Positions 21,561-36,648 are shown, counted from the first letter of the stretch. The stretch is 64,000 nt of DNA from a virus (IMGVR_UViG_3300045125_000040:32001-96000), one strand, 5' to 3'. Translations and numbers: made by a program. The notes: generated by a model not told the origin, from the letters alone.

Positions 21561-23097
21561 TGGGAAAATTACTTCCGTATTATAAAAAAGCATTAATTGA
21601 TGAATTATTAGATAATGTTTCTGCAAACGATTCTTATTATTATGCTTTTGGAGCAAATCCTATTGCTTATGCTGGTGATCCTCCAGCAATAGCTAATACA
21701 GATTATCAAGATTTGTTTATTAATAACTGGCAACTATTATTCGGTAAAAAATTAAATAAAACCAATTTTGCTGCTGTTATTGATAATAATCAATGGTCAT
21801 CTAATACAATATACAGAAGATATGATAACACTGATAATGAACTATATTCAAACAATCTTTTTTATGTTATATCACCTCCAGATTATATCGGAGGAAATTA
21901 TAATATCTATAAATGCATAGATAATGCTAACGGATTACCATCAACAATAAAACCAAATCAAATACAATATACTACATTCGAAACAGCAGATGGTTATAAA
22001 TGGAGATATTTGACTTCTGTTACATATCTTCAATACAAAATTGTTTTCTTCTGACGAATATGCTCCTGTTTTTTCTAACAATATTATATCTTTATATTCA
22101 GGATTATATTCTGGTATTGATGTTGTAATGATATCAAATTCTGGGTCTGGTTATAGTACATATCATGATGGAACTGTACAATCTGTTAATTCTACTGTTA
22201 TTCAGATCGAATCTGCAAATACTAGTGGTCAAAATGGATTTTATGTAAATAGTTCAATTTATTTGTATAATACTATTGATACAACGGGACAGTTATTTGG
22301 TATAACACAGTTTATTTCAAATAGTGTTGGTAAATGGGTGTATTTGGATGGTGAGGCAAATACTGATAATATTCTACCTAATTCATCATTATATAAAATT
22401 TCACCAAAAATAGTCTTTACATCAGATGGTAACACTCAACCAAAAGCATATAGTGTAGTAAACACATCAACAAATTCTATTTCGGAAGTTGTTATTTTGG
22501 ACACGGGTTCTGATATAACGTGGTGTAATGTTCATGTAGAGGCAGCTTTTGGTTCTGGATCGAATCTTTATGCTATTGTTCCACCTCCAGGAGGACACGG
22601 TTATGATGCTATATCTGAACTAAATGTAAAAGGATTGTCTATACAATTTAATTTTGCTAATAATGAAGGTGATACAATTTTCACCTCTAATGTTGTTTAT
22701 AATAAAATAGGAATTATTAAAAATCCATATTCTTTGAATGCGAATAATACTAAAGGAAACAAATTCACATCAAATACTTTTAGTCAATTACTCAAGGCCA
22801 ATGTTTCATCACCTACTGTTTTTGCTAATGGTGATTATGTTGTTGGAAATACATCAGGAGCTATTTGGTACAGTTGTGTTTTCTAACACAACACAGTTGT
22901 ATTTGACAGGCGATAGTAATTTTTCTAATGGTGAATTTGTTAAATCTAGTAATAATTCAGTTTCCGCTCAAATAGACATTAAAGAGCTTGGTGATCTTTA
23001 TATTAAAAACCAAAGACCTCTTTATATTGAAAACATAAATAATGTGAACAGATCTAATACACAAACAGAATCATTTAAACTGATAATTCAGATTTAA
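21560..23097 (+). CDS. 8: baseplate wedge gp8-like (apparent indels)
   Basis: W.SNTIY..YD, YKCIDNANG.PST.KP, DGYKWRYL, PP.GHG.D, YIEN...R...QTE.FKLII. Confidence 0.8.
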
Positions 23098-23111
23098 AAT
23101 AGGAATTAATA

Positions 23112-26100
23112 ATGCCTTTAAATACAGATTTTAATGTTTCACCATATTTTGATGATTATGTTGAGACAAAAAATTATCATAAAATTCTTTTTAGACCATC
23201 TGTTGCCGTTCAAGCTCGTGAATTAACTCAGCTTCAGACAATACTTCAGAATCAAATTGAAAGATATGGTAATTGGGCATTTAAAAACGGGGATATTGTT
23301 TCTGGTTGTGCAGTTTATGATTTACAATCAGTTCCTTATGTAAGATTAGCGGATTTTGCATCAAACGGTTCTGCAAACACATCACCTTTAGATGTTAGAG
23401 ATTATATTAATGCGGTTGCCACTAGTGTTAGTTCTGGTTTAAAAGCAAAAGTAGTATATGCAAATGCAGGATTTACAACTAATTATCCAGACACAAATAT
23501 TCTTTACGTTAATTATATCAATACTGGTATAAATGGCGAGCAAAAAGTTTTCTAATAGTGAATTACTTAGATTTGATATGGTTGATATAGCAGGTAATAC
23601 TGCGTTATCTAATGTTTATACAATAGCAAACACAAATCCTGCACAAGTAGCTACTGGAAATGCACATGGTGTAACAGTCACTGAAGGTGTTATCTTTATC
23701 AATGGTAATTTTGTAAGAGTTAGTAATTCGACATTTGGTCTTGTTAATAATTTTGGGACTTATGCCGGAAATAATGTTGTTGGTTTCATATTAGATGAAG
23801 AAGTCATAACAGAAAATCAAGATGATACTTTATTAGATAATGCTCTTGGGTATAGTAATGAAAATGCGCCTGGTGCTCACAGATTAAAACTAACTCCAAG
23901 AATAATTTCTCTTGATCCTACTACAGCCGCTAACACAAAAGGATTTAATCCTGTCGGTGCATATAATTATGGTGAATTTGTCACTAAATCTTCTGTAGGT
24001 GCAAATTTATATTCTATTGTAGGTGATGTTGTAGCAAGAAGAACATATGAAGAATCTGGTAATTATGTTGTAAATCCGTTTTTAGTAGATACTATTACAT
24101 CTGCTGGTAATACAAGTGAAATTCAAGCTGCTAATTCTAATTATGTTTTAGGAAGAGTATCTCCTGGTTTAGGATATGCACAAGGTAAAAGAGTAGAATT
24201 ACTTAAAACTTCATATATCAATATGCGTCGTGGTATTGATACAGAGACTAGAAAATCACAGCAAATTAGTTTTGGATATGGTAATTATTTTGTTCTAAAT
24301 GAAGTTTCTGGATCTTTTGATTTTACTAAAGCAGAAACTGTAAAATTATATGATACTCCTCAAAAGCTGTAACTAATAAAACTTTTAATAATACTCCTCC
24401 AACCGGTAATAATATTGGCACAGCATTATTACGTTGTTTCAGTTTTTCATCCGGAACTCCTGGTACTAATAATGCTTTATATTATTTACATATTTTTAAT
24501 ATAAGTTTAGACCCAAAATATAACACTAATCAAATTAAATCAGTATATTATGACGGAACTGTTAAAGGAATTGGTGACGTTACATCTGCAGGATTAATTG
24601 ATACCGCTAAAAAATCACAGTTATATACTTTTGGTGTTTCTGGATTAAAAAATCTAAGAGATGAATCAAATAACATTAATACAGATTATACGTATAGAAC
24701 TAAAACATCCACATCAATGGGAACGTCTGGTAATGTTACTGTAACATTAACCTCATCTGCCACTGGTGGTACTGATTATTTACCATATGGTGTTGGTGTA
24801 TTATCTGATTTTATAGCAAGTAATTCTCTTTAGTTGCTACTGCTAATGTTGATTCATCTGCTTTGACTGGGACTGTTAGTGTTAATACTACGTCAATTAA
24901 TGTTGTTGGTTCATCAACTATTTTTAATAATTATTTTAATCCAGAGCGACCAGATTAAAGTAGATGGAGCAACTCAGAACAGTAAATTCAGTAGTTAATT
25001 CTACATTTATGACTGTAGATATTCCATTTGCTTATACTAATGCATCTGCGCTTCATTATAAGAGTTATATAAAAGGTAAAATATTACCAATTATTAAAAA
25101 TATTAATGGTCCTAATGGATATATTCAAGTAACAAACACTACATCATTTACAATAGCTTCAGGACAAATACCAAGTAGTACATTAACTGTTGATGTTACA
25201 TATGACATATTAAGAACAACGACTGTACCAGCAAAAAAGAAATAAAGAGAAATAGATTTGTTAAAATTAATACAGCATCAAATCCAAAAGGACCTTGGTG
25301 TTTAGGATTTAGTGATATTTTTAATGTATCAAAAATATATGCAACAACTAATGGTACATATACAACTGCTGGTTCTGATGTAACAAATTATTTTTCATAC
25401 GACACAGGACAAAAAGATACCCATTATGACTATGGATATCTTTATTCAAAAGGCGGATATGATACAAGTAATGCTCAATTATTAGTGCAGATTGATTATT
25501 TTGTTGCTAATACATCTGCTGGAGTAGGTTTCTTTAATGTTGAGTCATATCCTATTGATGACGCTAATACAGCAAACACAAATGCTATCCAAACAAAGGA
25601 TATTCCTCTATACGTTTCTGAAAATGGTTTAAAAACACCTTTAAGAGATTATGTAGATTTTAGAACACCATCAACACCAACAGCAACAGATACCGGTGAT
25701 ATTAATACATCAAATAGTACACAGGTAACAACTGCTATATCATTAGCTTCTGTAAATCCATCTTCAACACTTTCATTAAAAATTCCAACGTCTGGTTTGA
25801 ATTTCCCATCATATGGAAAGAATTTCGAGGCAGATTATACTAGATATCTTCCAAGAAAAGATCTAGTAATGTTAACTCCTGATAATGCATTAAAAGTTAA
25901 AGAAGGTGTTTCATCTGACGCACCACAAACACCTCTTTTCCTGATAATGCTATGCCATTAGCTGTTTTAAATGTTCCTCCATATCCTTCGTTGTCAACTG
26001 ATCAAGTAGATCAATTTTTATCCATAAATCAGCGTTCAAGATCATTAGTTAGAGATACATCTACAGCAATTTCTGGTAGTATTGTGACATATCGTAGATA

Positions 26101-26889
26101 TACTATGAAAGATATTGGAACATTAGATCAAAGAATAACAAATCTTGAATATTATACACAGCTTTCTCTTTTAGAAAAGAAAGCAAAAGATTTAACTGTA
26201 ACGGATGAGAATGGACTAGATAGATTTAAAAAATGGTATTTTCGTAGATACTTTCTCTGATCGTATTTTTAGGAGATACTTCAAATCCAGAATATGCTAT
26301 TGCAATTGATACATCAAGAGGGGTTGCTAGACCAAAAATTATTAGAGAATATATAGATATTGATTTTAATAGCAGTGCTCCTTCATCAAATGTTGTTCAG
26401 ACTGGTAGATTGATTACTCTTGATTATGATGAAACATTTTTTATGTCGCAACCATATGCAACAAAATATCGTAATTCTGCTCTGGTTGCTTTTGCATGGA
26501 ATGGTAAATTGGTATTAGTACCAAACTATGATAATCATCAAGATCAGAATAATACAGGCTCTATAAATATTACTATTGATAATACTAATCCTTGGAAAGA
26601 TTTTGCTTCTGGACCATTTGGTTCGATTTGGGGTGATTGGAGAACAACTACTTCCTCTACTTCTAATACAGTAATTCAAGGAACCGCAAGAAATGTTAAT
26701 TTCAATGCAGGTCAGATTAGATTAGGAACAGGGACAACTACATGGAATCCCGCAGATGCTGCAAGAGTAATCAATGTAGTTAAACAAAGAGCAGCAGCAG
26801 CCGGTATTGACCCAAATCTAGTGGTTGGTAATTTAACTATTGTTTGGGAACGAGGTTGGGCAGGGGCCGAAAGAATAATTCAGGCGTGA
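23112..26889 (+). CDS. VrlC/DUF4815-like large virion protein, N-terminal part (apparent indels)
   Basis: NVSPYFDDY...KILFRP..VQARELTQLQTILQNQI; APGAHRLK; RRTYEESGNY; RYTMKDIG..RI.NLEYYT.LSLLE. Confidence 0.8.
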
Positions 26890-26900
26890 GGTAATTAAAA

Positions 26901-29898
26901 GTGGCAGCTAATCAGATAACAACTACAACTTCAACTTCAACTAGTACAAGAACAGGTACACAATTAGTTGTAAGTTCACAATCTAATACTACTTCTGTAG
27001 GTAACTTTGTAACAGATGTCACCTTACAGCCTTATATTGCAAACAGAGTTGTGTCATTTTTTGCTTATAATATGCGTCCTAATCAGAGAATGCATATTTT
27101 CTTTGATAGTGTTCTTGTAGATGAATTTTGTGCCCCATCTACTAGAGATGGAAGTAATAATTATTCTATTTCATCAATAACAAATACATCAGATTATAGA
27201 TCAATTCCTAAAGAAGGAAATTGGGGAACTGCAATATTTTCTGATAAAAGAGGTATAGTAGCTGGCCAATTTAATATCCCAGAAGGAAGATTTAAAACAG
27301 GCGATAGATTATTACAGATATCAGACGTTGATAGTTTGGTATATGGTAATAGTGCTTACACAACTATGTCTTCCGCATATTTTACAGCATCAAATCTGAA
27401 TGTAACAAAACAAGGTATCACTTTAACAACAGTAAATCCAGAATTGAAATGGGTTCCTGTATCAAATACTGTTGTTACCACCACATCTAATGTTGTAATA
27501 AAACAAATTCCTGATACTGTTAGATTTACTATTGATGCGTGGGAGCCAATTGCACAGGCATTAACTATTAATACTACAGGCGGCGAAGCTGGTATTTTTG
27601 CAACGTCTTTAGATATATTCTTCAAACAAAAGCACAAATATCTGAACATGGTGTAACTGTATATCTTTGTGAAGTTAATAATGGCTATCCTGATGGAAAT
27701 AATATATTACCATTTTCTACTGTTCATAAAGAATGGGGAAGTATTAGTACAAGTAATGATGCTACAATAGCTACTAATTTTAAATTCGAAGCACCTGTTT
27801 TTATGTCTAACGATAAAACATATGCTTTTATTGTAAAACCGGATGCTAATGACCCAGATTATTATGTATGGAGTGCTAATCTTGGTGATACTGATGTTAA
27901 ATCTGGATATCAGGTTTTCAGTCAGCCCGCCATAGGAACAGCTTTTTATGGGGCAACTACTACAGAATGGACAGCTTTACAAACAGAATATATTAAATTT
28001 ATTTTGTATAGAGCAAGCTTCTTAAATGGTATAGGTGACGCTTATTTCTATAATGCAAATGATGAATATATTACCGTAACAAATTTAGGTTATTCAAATG
28101 TTTCTTCTGGAATATTGTCTGGAGATATTGTTTATCAATCAACAAATTCCACAGCTAATTCTATAGGTGGAACTGTTAATACAAGTATTAAAGCCACAGT
28201 TGATTATTTTGATTCGGTAAAAGGAATTATTTACACATCAAATTCCACAGGTAATTTTGATAGTAATACTTATGTACAGATTCATAGATTTGCAAATAGT
28301 TCAGGAACGCCTAATAATTTAACATTAATAGCATATGCAAATACTGGTCAATTATATAATCCAGTTGTAGATTCGCTAGTACCTCAATTAGCAACTATAT
28401 CACCACCAGGCACAACTTTAAATATCAAATATAAGGGAACATCTAATAGTTATATTCTTGATAGCGAAGAATATAAAGTAACTCCTGGATATGAATCTGA
28501 ATTTTTTGATAAAGAAAGAATTGTTGCATCTAAATCCAATGAAGTAGACAATATGTCTTCTAATAAATCTTTTGCTGTTAGAGCAACTATGACAACAGAT
28601 ACAGAATATTTGTCTCCTGTTATTGATCTTGTCAGAAAAACACAATTAGTTATTAAAAATGATATTGATCCCATAGCATTTGAATATGATGAATTTTTTA
28701 ATTCTGGTGTTCAGAAATCAAAATATGTTTCTAAGGTTGTCACCTTGGCTGATGGACAAGATGCAGAAGATATTCAGGTTATTCTTACTGCATTTAGACC
28801 TATAAATTCTGACATTCAAGTTTGGGTCAAATTTTTAAATGGAGATGATACCGATTCAATAAACCAAAAAGTTTGGACTCCTTTATATAATGAAGGAGGA
28901 TCGATATATTCAGATCCAAGTAATCCTGATGATTTTAGAGAATTTGTGTTTAGTGTAGGTTCTTATTATACTATGCTTTCTACAAATGGCACGGTTACTT
29001 GTACTAACACTAGTAATGTTATTACAGGAACATCTACTACATTTTCAAATACACTTCAGCCAGGATGGTTTATTAATATGAGATCAAGCCAACAGGCTTT
29101 ACTCAACAATACACCATTCAGTGTTAAAGCAAATACACAAGGATTTAGTAATACAAGTGATGTACTTTTTGTTAATAATTCATTAAGTTATATTCAATCA
29201 AACAACAGAATAAAATATGTTGTTCCGACAAATAATACAGCAATTACTGGATTAACTGGAAATACATATTATTATGTATCATTTGCTAATACAACAGCAA
29301 TAGCATTGTCCACTACAGCTGGTGGCGCTAATGTTGATATAACTAGTGCTAATATAACAAGTTTAGAAGTTCATTCTGTATATGTTGAAAAACTTAGACA
29401 GTTATCTGAACAGACAAGAAAAGTTACTAGTATTACAAGTAATACAAGCTTAACAATAGATTCACCTTTTATTGGTAATTATACAAATCAACCATATTTT
29501 CTTGTTCCACCACCATCAACTCCATGGCTTTCTTTAGGGGTTCTACAAAAATAACAGGAAATGTTACTGCTAATTCAGGTACTAATATAATAACTGGATC
29601 TGGAACAGATTTCGTAACTCAAATTAAACCAGGATCAATCATTTCTATTGCAAATGATTCTCAAACAGTAGTTTCAGTAACCAATTCTACATATCTAACA
29701 GTAGGAACACCTTGGTCATCTAATGTTACCGGGTATGATGCATATACTGTTTCGACTTCTGGTTTAACCTATCTTAATGATAAATTAAACTTATATACTA
29801 CATTTAAACAATTTCAAATTAAGATAATTCTTCAGTCAAACGATAGCTCTAAAGTTCCGATAATTGACGATCTTAGAGTTCTAGCACTACAGTTGTAA
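26901..29898 (+). CDS. VrlC/DUF4815-like large virion protein, C-terminal part (apparent indels)
   Basis: GAGGT SD plus GTG; PIAQ...GIF.TSLDIFF; SKYVSK.VTL; F.QFQIKIIL...VP.I.DLRV.AL. Confidence 0.75.
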
Positions 29899-29901
29899 AA
29901 A

Positions 29902-30114
29902 ATGACTAAATATCATCAAACAGATGTAGAAGGTTTAGTAAAAGATCCAGCTAGTGGCGCAGTCTTATGTGTAGATAATTTAAAGTTGGATGCTTATAAA
30001 AAACAAAAAGCCGCTATGAAAATTAATATGGAAAATAATGAAAGAATTACAAAAGTGGAAAAAGATCTTAATGAAATTAAAGAAATGTTAAGCCAATTAT
30101 TAAAGAGAAGCTAA
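29902..30114 (+). CDS. small coiled-coil protein
   Basis: LVKDP.SGAV...DLNEIKEMLSQLL. Confidence 0.65.
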   Translation: MTKYHQTDVEGLVKDPASGAVLCVDNLKLDAYKKQKAAMKINMENNERITKVEKDLNEIKEMLSQLLKRS

Positions 30115-30117
30115 TAA

Positions 30118-33100
30118 ATGACAGTAAATATTGCCAACACCGCAAATAATAATACTTTTGATTATTGGCGTAATAGAACGAATGAACTAGCATATGCGAT
30201 GTCTACGTATGCAGTTACGGTCAATTCTAATACCGCTACTGGCAATGCAGCAATTACAGGAACCTTTACATCAAACAGTTTAATAGCTAACAGTGTTACA
30301 ATTAACACTTCTATATCTTTTTGGTAATTCAACTGTTAATACATTTATTAATTCTACTTATATATCAACTGGCAATAGTTCAGTTAATACAATTATTAAC
30401 ACATCTTCTATTAATACTTATAGTATAAATTTAGGGTCTAATTTAAGTCTGAGTACAAGTTTATTTTCTGTAGGAAATTCTACAGCAAATTTAACATTAG
30501 ACAAAACCCAGATTTATCTAAGAGCGAACTCTACAACTAGTTCTCTTATTAATTCTTCCACTATATATATAACGTCAACTAATGGCGACGCTGTATCTCT
30601 GACGCCTGCACTTTTTACATTCGGCACATCTGTAACTATTAATACTAGTGTAATAACTACAAATTCTACAGCTGGTTTTTATGCAAATACTAGTGCATTA
30701 AGAGTTGGTTCAAATGTAGTAGTCAATACTTCAACAATCAATCTGGTAATACTATTGCAAACACAGTTGTCAATTCAACTATTTTGCAAATTTCTAATGC
30801 TACTCATCTTGCTAACTTAACTCCATCAACTTTATTTGTAGGAAATTCTAGCAGCAATATTTTAATTTCCACATTGTCTGTTTCAGTTAATGGATCTTCT
30901 ATAGTCAATACTACAGGAGTTTATACTACAACAGTTAATGCTGCTTCATACACTGTAGGAACTTCTACAGTAGCAAACGCAACTGGTGTTTATACTGGTG
31001 TTGTTAATGGATCTGTTCTACAAGTTGGAACATCAACTGTTGCAAACTCAACTGGTGTTTATACTGGTGTTGTTAATGCTACTTCACATACCACAACTGG
31101 TGTTACAGCAAACGTAACAGGTGTATATCCTACTTCTAACACATCTGGTAGTTCACTAGGTTTAGCAGCAAATAGATGGATTGTTTTTGCCAATACTATT
31201 GATTCTTCTGGTTTGATCACAGGAAGTTCTGGTGCAACAATAACAGGTACAACAAATACTTCTGTAGAATTTAATGTAGGAAGTTCTTTTAAAGCTAATA
31301 CTACTGGAGTATACGCTGGTGTTGTTAATGGTTCTGTTCTTCAAGTCGGAACATCAACTATTGCCAATTCTACTGGTGTTTATACTGGTGTTGTTAATGC
31401 TGCTTCATATACAGTTGGAACTTCATTTACTGCTAATGCGACTTTAGTTAATGCTTCTGCTATTAACATAACAAACCAAACTAACACTGCTACTTTATTT
31501 GTTACAACTTCTGCAAATGTTGGTGTTAATGTTCAGGTCACTACACAAGGACTTAACATTACAGGCAATACCACAACACAACCAACATTGAATTTAGTAA
31601 GTAATTCAGTAGCTTCAGGATTATTTATAGGTAATAATACTGTAACTGGCGCTCCACAATTAATGGTAGCTAATAGTGCTGGTAATACTACAATCAATGC
31701 CACATCTATTGGTTCAAGTTGGGGATTTTCGGTTAATTCAACAGCCACTGTTATTCCCGGAACTTTAACTGCTGCTGTTAATGCTTCGTCTATTTCTCTT
31801 GGTAACTCAACTGTTAATACGGTTGTTAATTCAACATCTATAAGCACTGGTAATTCAACAGTTAATACATTTATTAACTCAACTGCTATTTCTGTAAATG
31901 GTTCATTAAGTGTTCAAAGAACAGCTAGTATTTCCGGTAATACTACTTTATCAGGTAATTGGGCGAATGTAACTAGTGATTTGTTCGTTCGTGGAAATCT
32001 GATTGTAAATGGTTCTGTCACATATACAGGTAATGCGACTGGAGATATCATTCCTGTAAGTAATAACTATTCTTTAGGTAATACATCAAATAGATGGAAT
32101 CTATATGCTGTACAAATTGATAATATTGGTAATACAATTTCTAATAATGTTATAGTAACCAATGTTGTTAATTCAGCTTCATTTACAGTTGGCACAAGTT
32201 CTGTTATCAATTCTACTGGTGTTTGGACCACAGGAACAACAAATTCAGCTATTGTTCAGACCGGTAATGGTTATAATGTTGCTGGTAACGGAATTTATGC
32301 TAATGCTACTCTAATCTGGATTGGTAATAATTCAGTTTCTACTACTGTGAATTCTACAGTCTTTTCAGGAACATCTAACAATACATCATTTGTTGGTTCT
32401 GTTTCTGCCGCTAATGTTGTTTCTAATGCTCAATTGTCTGCTAATTTAGCTAATTATGCGGCACTCGCAGGTGGAGCAACTTTCGTTGGTTCAGTTTCTG
32501 TTTCAAATAATGTCACTATTACTGGTAATTTGATAGTCACGGGAACTACTCTTTATGCAAATGTCACTAATCTTGATGTTAAAGATCTTAATATTACAGT
32601 TGCAAAAGGTGTAGCTTCTGCTGCAGCCGCAGATGGTGCTGGTATAACAGTTGATACTGCTAATGTTGGATGGTATTATCATAATTCTTCTAATACTTGG
32701 CAATCAAATGTTGGTATCACTCCTTCTGCCAATAATACTCTAAACCTTGGTACCACTACATTAAGATGGGCTAACGTTAATGCTAATAACGTTGTTGCTT
32801 CTAATCTGTATGGAACAGTATTAACTGCAACACAGGGTACTATTGATCACAATAGTCTAGCAAATTATGATGCCAATAAACATATTGACCATACTACTGT
32901 TAGTATTTCAACAGCAAATGGTGTTGCTGGCGGCGGAACTATTGCTGCTACCAGAAGTCTATATGTGGTTTCTAATAATGGTATAGTTGCTAATTCTACT
33001 GGTGTTTGGGCAGCAGCCGCTAATGGTATTTCTGTTACTGCCGCTGGTATCAATGTTCTAGGAAACACTGGAATTGTTTCTAATTCTTCTGGTGTATTTG

Positions 33101-33438
33101 CTAATTCTAGCTATATTCAGTCACTTGTAAATGTTTCAAATGGCTCTGTAGTAACATCCGGAACTTCTGCACAGAGTATTGATAATTTTGCTATAGCATC
33201 TTATATGGGTGCGGAATATCTTATAAGTGTTTCAGACAACTCTGCCAATAATAAATACTTATCAAAAGCTCATGTTATGCATGATGGTTCAATCGCTCAA
33301 ATAACAGAATATGGAGCAATAACTTCCAATAATTCTGTTGGTGTGTTTTCTGCTACACAGAATACTACACATATTATATTACAATTCACACCATCATTGA
33401 CTGCAACAACCGTTAAGTTTACTAGAATGGTAGTGTAA
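30118..33438 (+). CDS. long Asn/Ser/Thr-rich tail fibre-like protein (apparent indels)
   Basis: TFDYWRNRTNEL N-terminal anchor; ANSTGVYTGVVN repeats; NLDVKDLNITV and EYG C-terminal motifs. Confidence 0.7.
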
Positions 33439-33767
33439 TGGCAACAAAGTCAAATTTAGTAATAGATCAAGGTTCAACATATTCGGTCACTTTGGATCTT
33501 ACTGATGAAAATGGTGATGTTATCGTATTAAATGGATATGTTGCTAATTCACAGATAAGAAAGTGGTATACATCTTCTACACCTGCGGCTACTTTTACAA
33601 CATCAATTAATGTTGCTTCAGGAGAGTTATTATTATCATTAACTGCCAATCAGACCAGTAATTTAGTGGCTGGCAGATATGTTTATGATGTAGAGCTTAA
33701 TAATAATGGGATTATTTCCCGAATTGTAGAAGGCATAGTAACGGTTACACCACAGGTCACAAAATGA
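33438..33767 (+). CDS. BppU-like virion adaptor protein
   Basis: NLVIDQGST...QIRK.Y...LSLTA.QT..L..GRYVYDVE...RIVEG.VTVTP.VT. Confidence 0.7.
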   Translation: MATKSNLVIDQGSTYSVTLDLTDENGDVIVLNGYVANSQIRKWYTSSTPAATFTTSINVASGELLLSLTANQTSNLVAGRYVYDVELNNNGIISRIVEGIVTVTPQVTK

Positions 33768-34033
33768 CAACAGTAAACGTTGTAGTAGGTCGAAAGAAAA
33801 ATATACAGGTTTCAGCTAATGCTACAGGTGGAAGCATTAGCACAAATAGAAATCCGGTTACATTAAAATCTTCTATACCCATTACAACTAGATTAGATAG
33901 CCTAAATGATGTAGTAGCCACAGGAGAAGTTTCCGGCGCAGTTCCGGTTTATGATGCTGCAACAGACAAATACGTGGTCCAAAAACTTGATTTAAATAAT
34001 GTTATTGGCGATTTAGATGGTGGAACCTTTTAA
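33764..34033 (+). CDS. small fibre-associated protein ending in LDGGTF
   Basis: RLDSLNDV...VYDA..KY...LDGGTF*. Confidence 0.65.
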   Translation: MTTVNVVVGRKKNIQVSANATGGSISTNRNPVTLKSSIPITTRLDSLNDVVATGEVSGAVPVYDAATDKYVVQKLDLNNVIGDLDGGTF

Positions 34034-34082
34034 AAACATATTTTTAATAAATACTAAAAGATTCCAATAGGAGAAACATCAA

Positions 34083-36379
34083 ATGGCTAATAATAGGATT
34101 CAAATCAAAAGGAGTGCCACAACGGCAACACCTGCTTCGCTTCTACCAAGGCGAACTAGCGTTTTCTAACGTTACGGGTGGTTCTGGTGTCCTATTCATT
34201 GGTGATACTTCTAATTCAACGGTTGTAGCCATTGGTGGTGTCAGAAATCCTGGTACTCTAACAGCCAACCAAGCTCTTGTTGCTAACTCTACCAGTGGTA
34301 TTAATCAGGTTATAGTAGGAAATGTGTCATTTACAGGCGCAACTCAGACTATTTCCGCTAATGGTAGTACCGGAACAGCAGGATTTGTGCTTGCTTCTGG
34401 TGGTGCTAGTTCTAATTTATATTGGCAAACTGTTTCTAGCTTTGGTGTTAATACCGCTGCTCAATATACTTGGACTAATACTCAAACTTTCCAAATTGGT
34501 ACAGTAGTTGGTGCAAATCTTGTATCTGACAACACCTCTATAAGATGGGTTGGTAATACCACTACTTCTCCGACTGTTACATTTGCCAATTCTGGTACAA
34601 TTAGTATTGGTAATAGTTCTACCACACAGACTACAGGTCAGATTTTAGTTCAAAATAGTGCTGGTTTATCAACTATTAATGCTGGTTCTATAACAACAAG
34701 CACTTTATATGCAAATTTAATTGGTTCTACTGCAAACCTTTCGACTTCTGTTAATTCTGCTGTTCTTTCTGTTGGAACTAACTTTATCGCTAATTCTAGT
34801 CAATTAACGGTATCTGGAATTCCTATTTCTGCTAATGGAAATGTTGGCTCTGGTGGTCAAGTCCTAGTATCAAATGGTGCTACTGGTTCTCCATATTGGG
34901 CAGCAGTTTCTGCTCTTAGCGGAGGTGTTAATACATCTTATCAATATACTTGGACTAATACTCATACCTTCCAAGCAGGAATAACTGTTGGTGCAAATCT
35001 TGTAACAGATAATACTTCATTAAGATGGGTTGGTAATACTACTACTTCACCAACAGTTACTATAGCAAATACAGGTGCTATTTCAGTTGGTAACAGTACC
35101 ACTACCGAAACTACTGCTTCTGTTACTCTTCAGAACTCTGTATCAGTTTCTACATTAACTCCTCTTTCATTAGCTGTTGGTAATTCTAGTGTGACTTCAG
35201 CACAACAGATTGTTGTGCAGAATACAGCCGGAACAACCACTGTAAATTCTAACTATATTGCAACAACCACTGTTGGCGCAAATCTAGTCGGATCTTACGT
35301 ATCCGTCACCACAGCTAATGCTACTACCTTTAATGGTACTACGGTAAACGCTAACCTAGCAGGATCTTATGTTGCTGTAACAACTGCAAATGCTACCACG
35401 TTCAATTCTGGTGGTATTTTTGTAGCAAATACAATAACATTAAATGCTAATGGTTTGGTTGTTAATTCAACTGGTGCCTATGTTACTGGTCTAACCAATT
35501 CAACATCATTTAATGCTGGTGCAACTGGAACAGGAACAGGTGGTTCTGTTCAGAATACAACCACGATATTTGTTGGTAATAACACTATTAACACTGTTAT
35601 TACTTCTGCTGGTCTTGCTGTTAATGGAACTGCAACCATTGCTAACTCTACTGGTGTTTATACCGGTGTTGTTAATGGTTCTTCAATAACAGTTGGTTCA
35701 AACTTCATAGCAAATAGCACTAAAGTAACATTCACTGGTGCTAATATTGATGCCACTTCTGCATTCCTAAAAGTCGCAGATGCAGTGATCTCAGGAAACC
35801 TAGTAGTCTCAGGTTCTGTTGTATCTATTAATGTTGCAACTCTAATTGTTAATGATAACATCATTGAAGTTGGTCTTAATAATATCACTACAGACGTTGT
35901 TGATACTGGTTGGTATTCTCCTGCTGGTAATGCCACCAATATATGGTATTCCGGTCTTGTTCGTCAAGCAGCAAAATCAACTAATACTAATCCATATTTC
36001 TGGTTGTTCGCTTCAAATACTAATCCAAATACAGCAGCAACTGTAGATACAAGTGCGAATTCATCAACTGCTACTCTACAGGCTTACCTAGTTCCTTATG
36101 GAACCGGTGGTGCGTTTGTAGCTAATTCAACAACTGTTACATTAACAGCAAACTCTACTGTAAATGTTAATATAACAGCAAATACATTATCACTATCCAC
36201 TCCTCTTCCAGGAACATCTGGTGGTACTGGCCGTGCATCTTGGACTTCACAAGATATATTGGTCGCCAATGCAACTAATGGTATTAATGCACTATCTGTA
36301 GGAACTGGTGGTTATGTATTATCAGTATCAACTTGCTGGTATAGTTGTATGGGACTACTTAGATGGCGGAACCTTCTGA
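34083..36379 (+). CDS. tail fibre protein (apparent indels at both ends)
   Basis: MANNRIQIKRS...GELA N-terminus; internal duplication (VNT..QYTWTNT.TF...); ends LDGGTF*. Confidence 0.7.
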
Positions 36380-36401
36380 TAATAAAAAAGGTGATTATAA
36401 C

Positions 36402-36611
36402 ATGAATGAACAATTTGTCAATATGTACATTGAAAGTTTAGTAAAAGAAGTCACGGAGGGTGTGAAATCTCGCATCCTCCTTGAAACACAACTAAAGTTT
36501 GCTGAAAATTTTAATAAAGAATTACAAGCTAAATTAGAGCAAGCAGAAGCTCAATTAGAAAAACTAAATAAGAAAAAACCTAAAGAAGTAAATACTTCTG
36601 ATACTTTTTAA
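36402..36611 (+). CDS. small coiled-coil protein, possibly a fibre chaperone
   Basis: MNEQFVNMYIESL..EV...ILLETQL with heptad pattern. Confidence 0.6.
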   Translation: MNEQFVNMYIESLVKEVTEGVKSRILLETQLKFAENFNKELQAKLEQAEAQLEKLNKKKPKEVNTSDTF

Positions 36612-36648
36612 AACCTTCGGTACATACCGAACTGTATGAGGTAGCCAT

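Noticed and set aside
30900-31440. Regular repeats resembling a CRISPR array
   Set aside because: They are in-frame, degenerate coding repeats of a fibre protein
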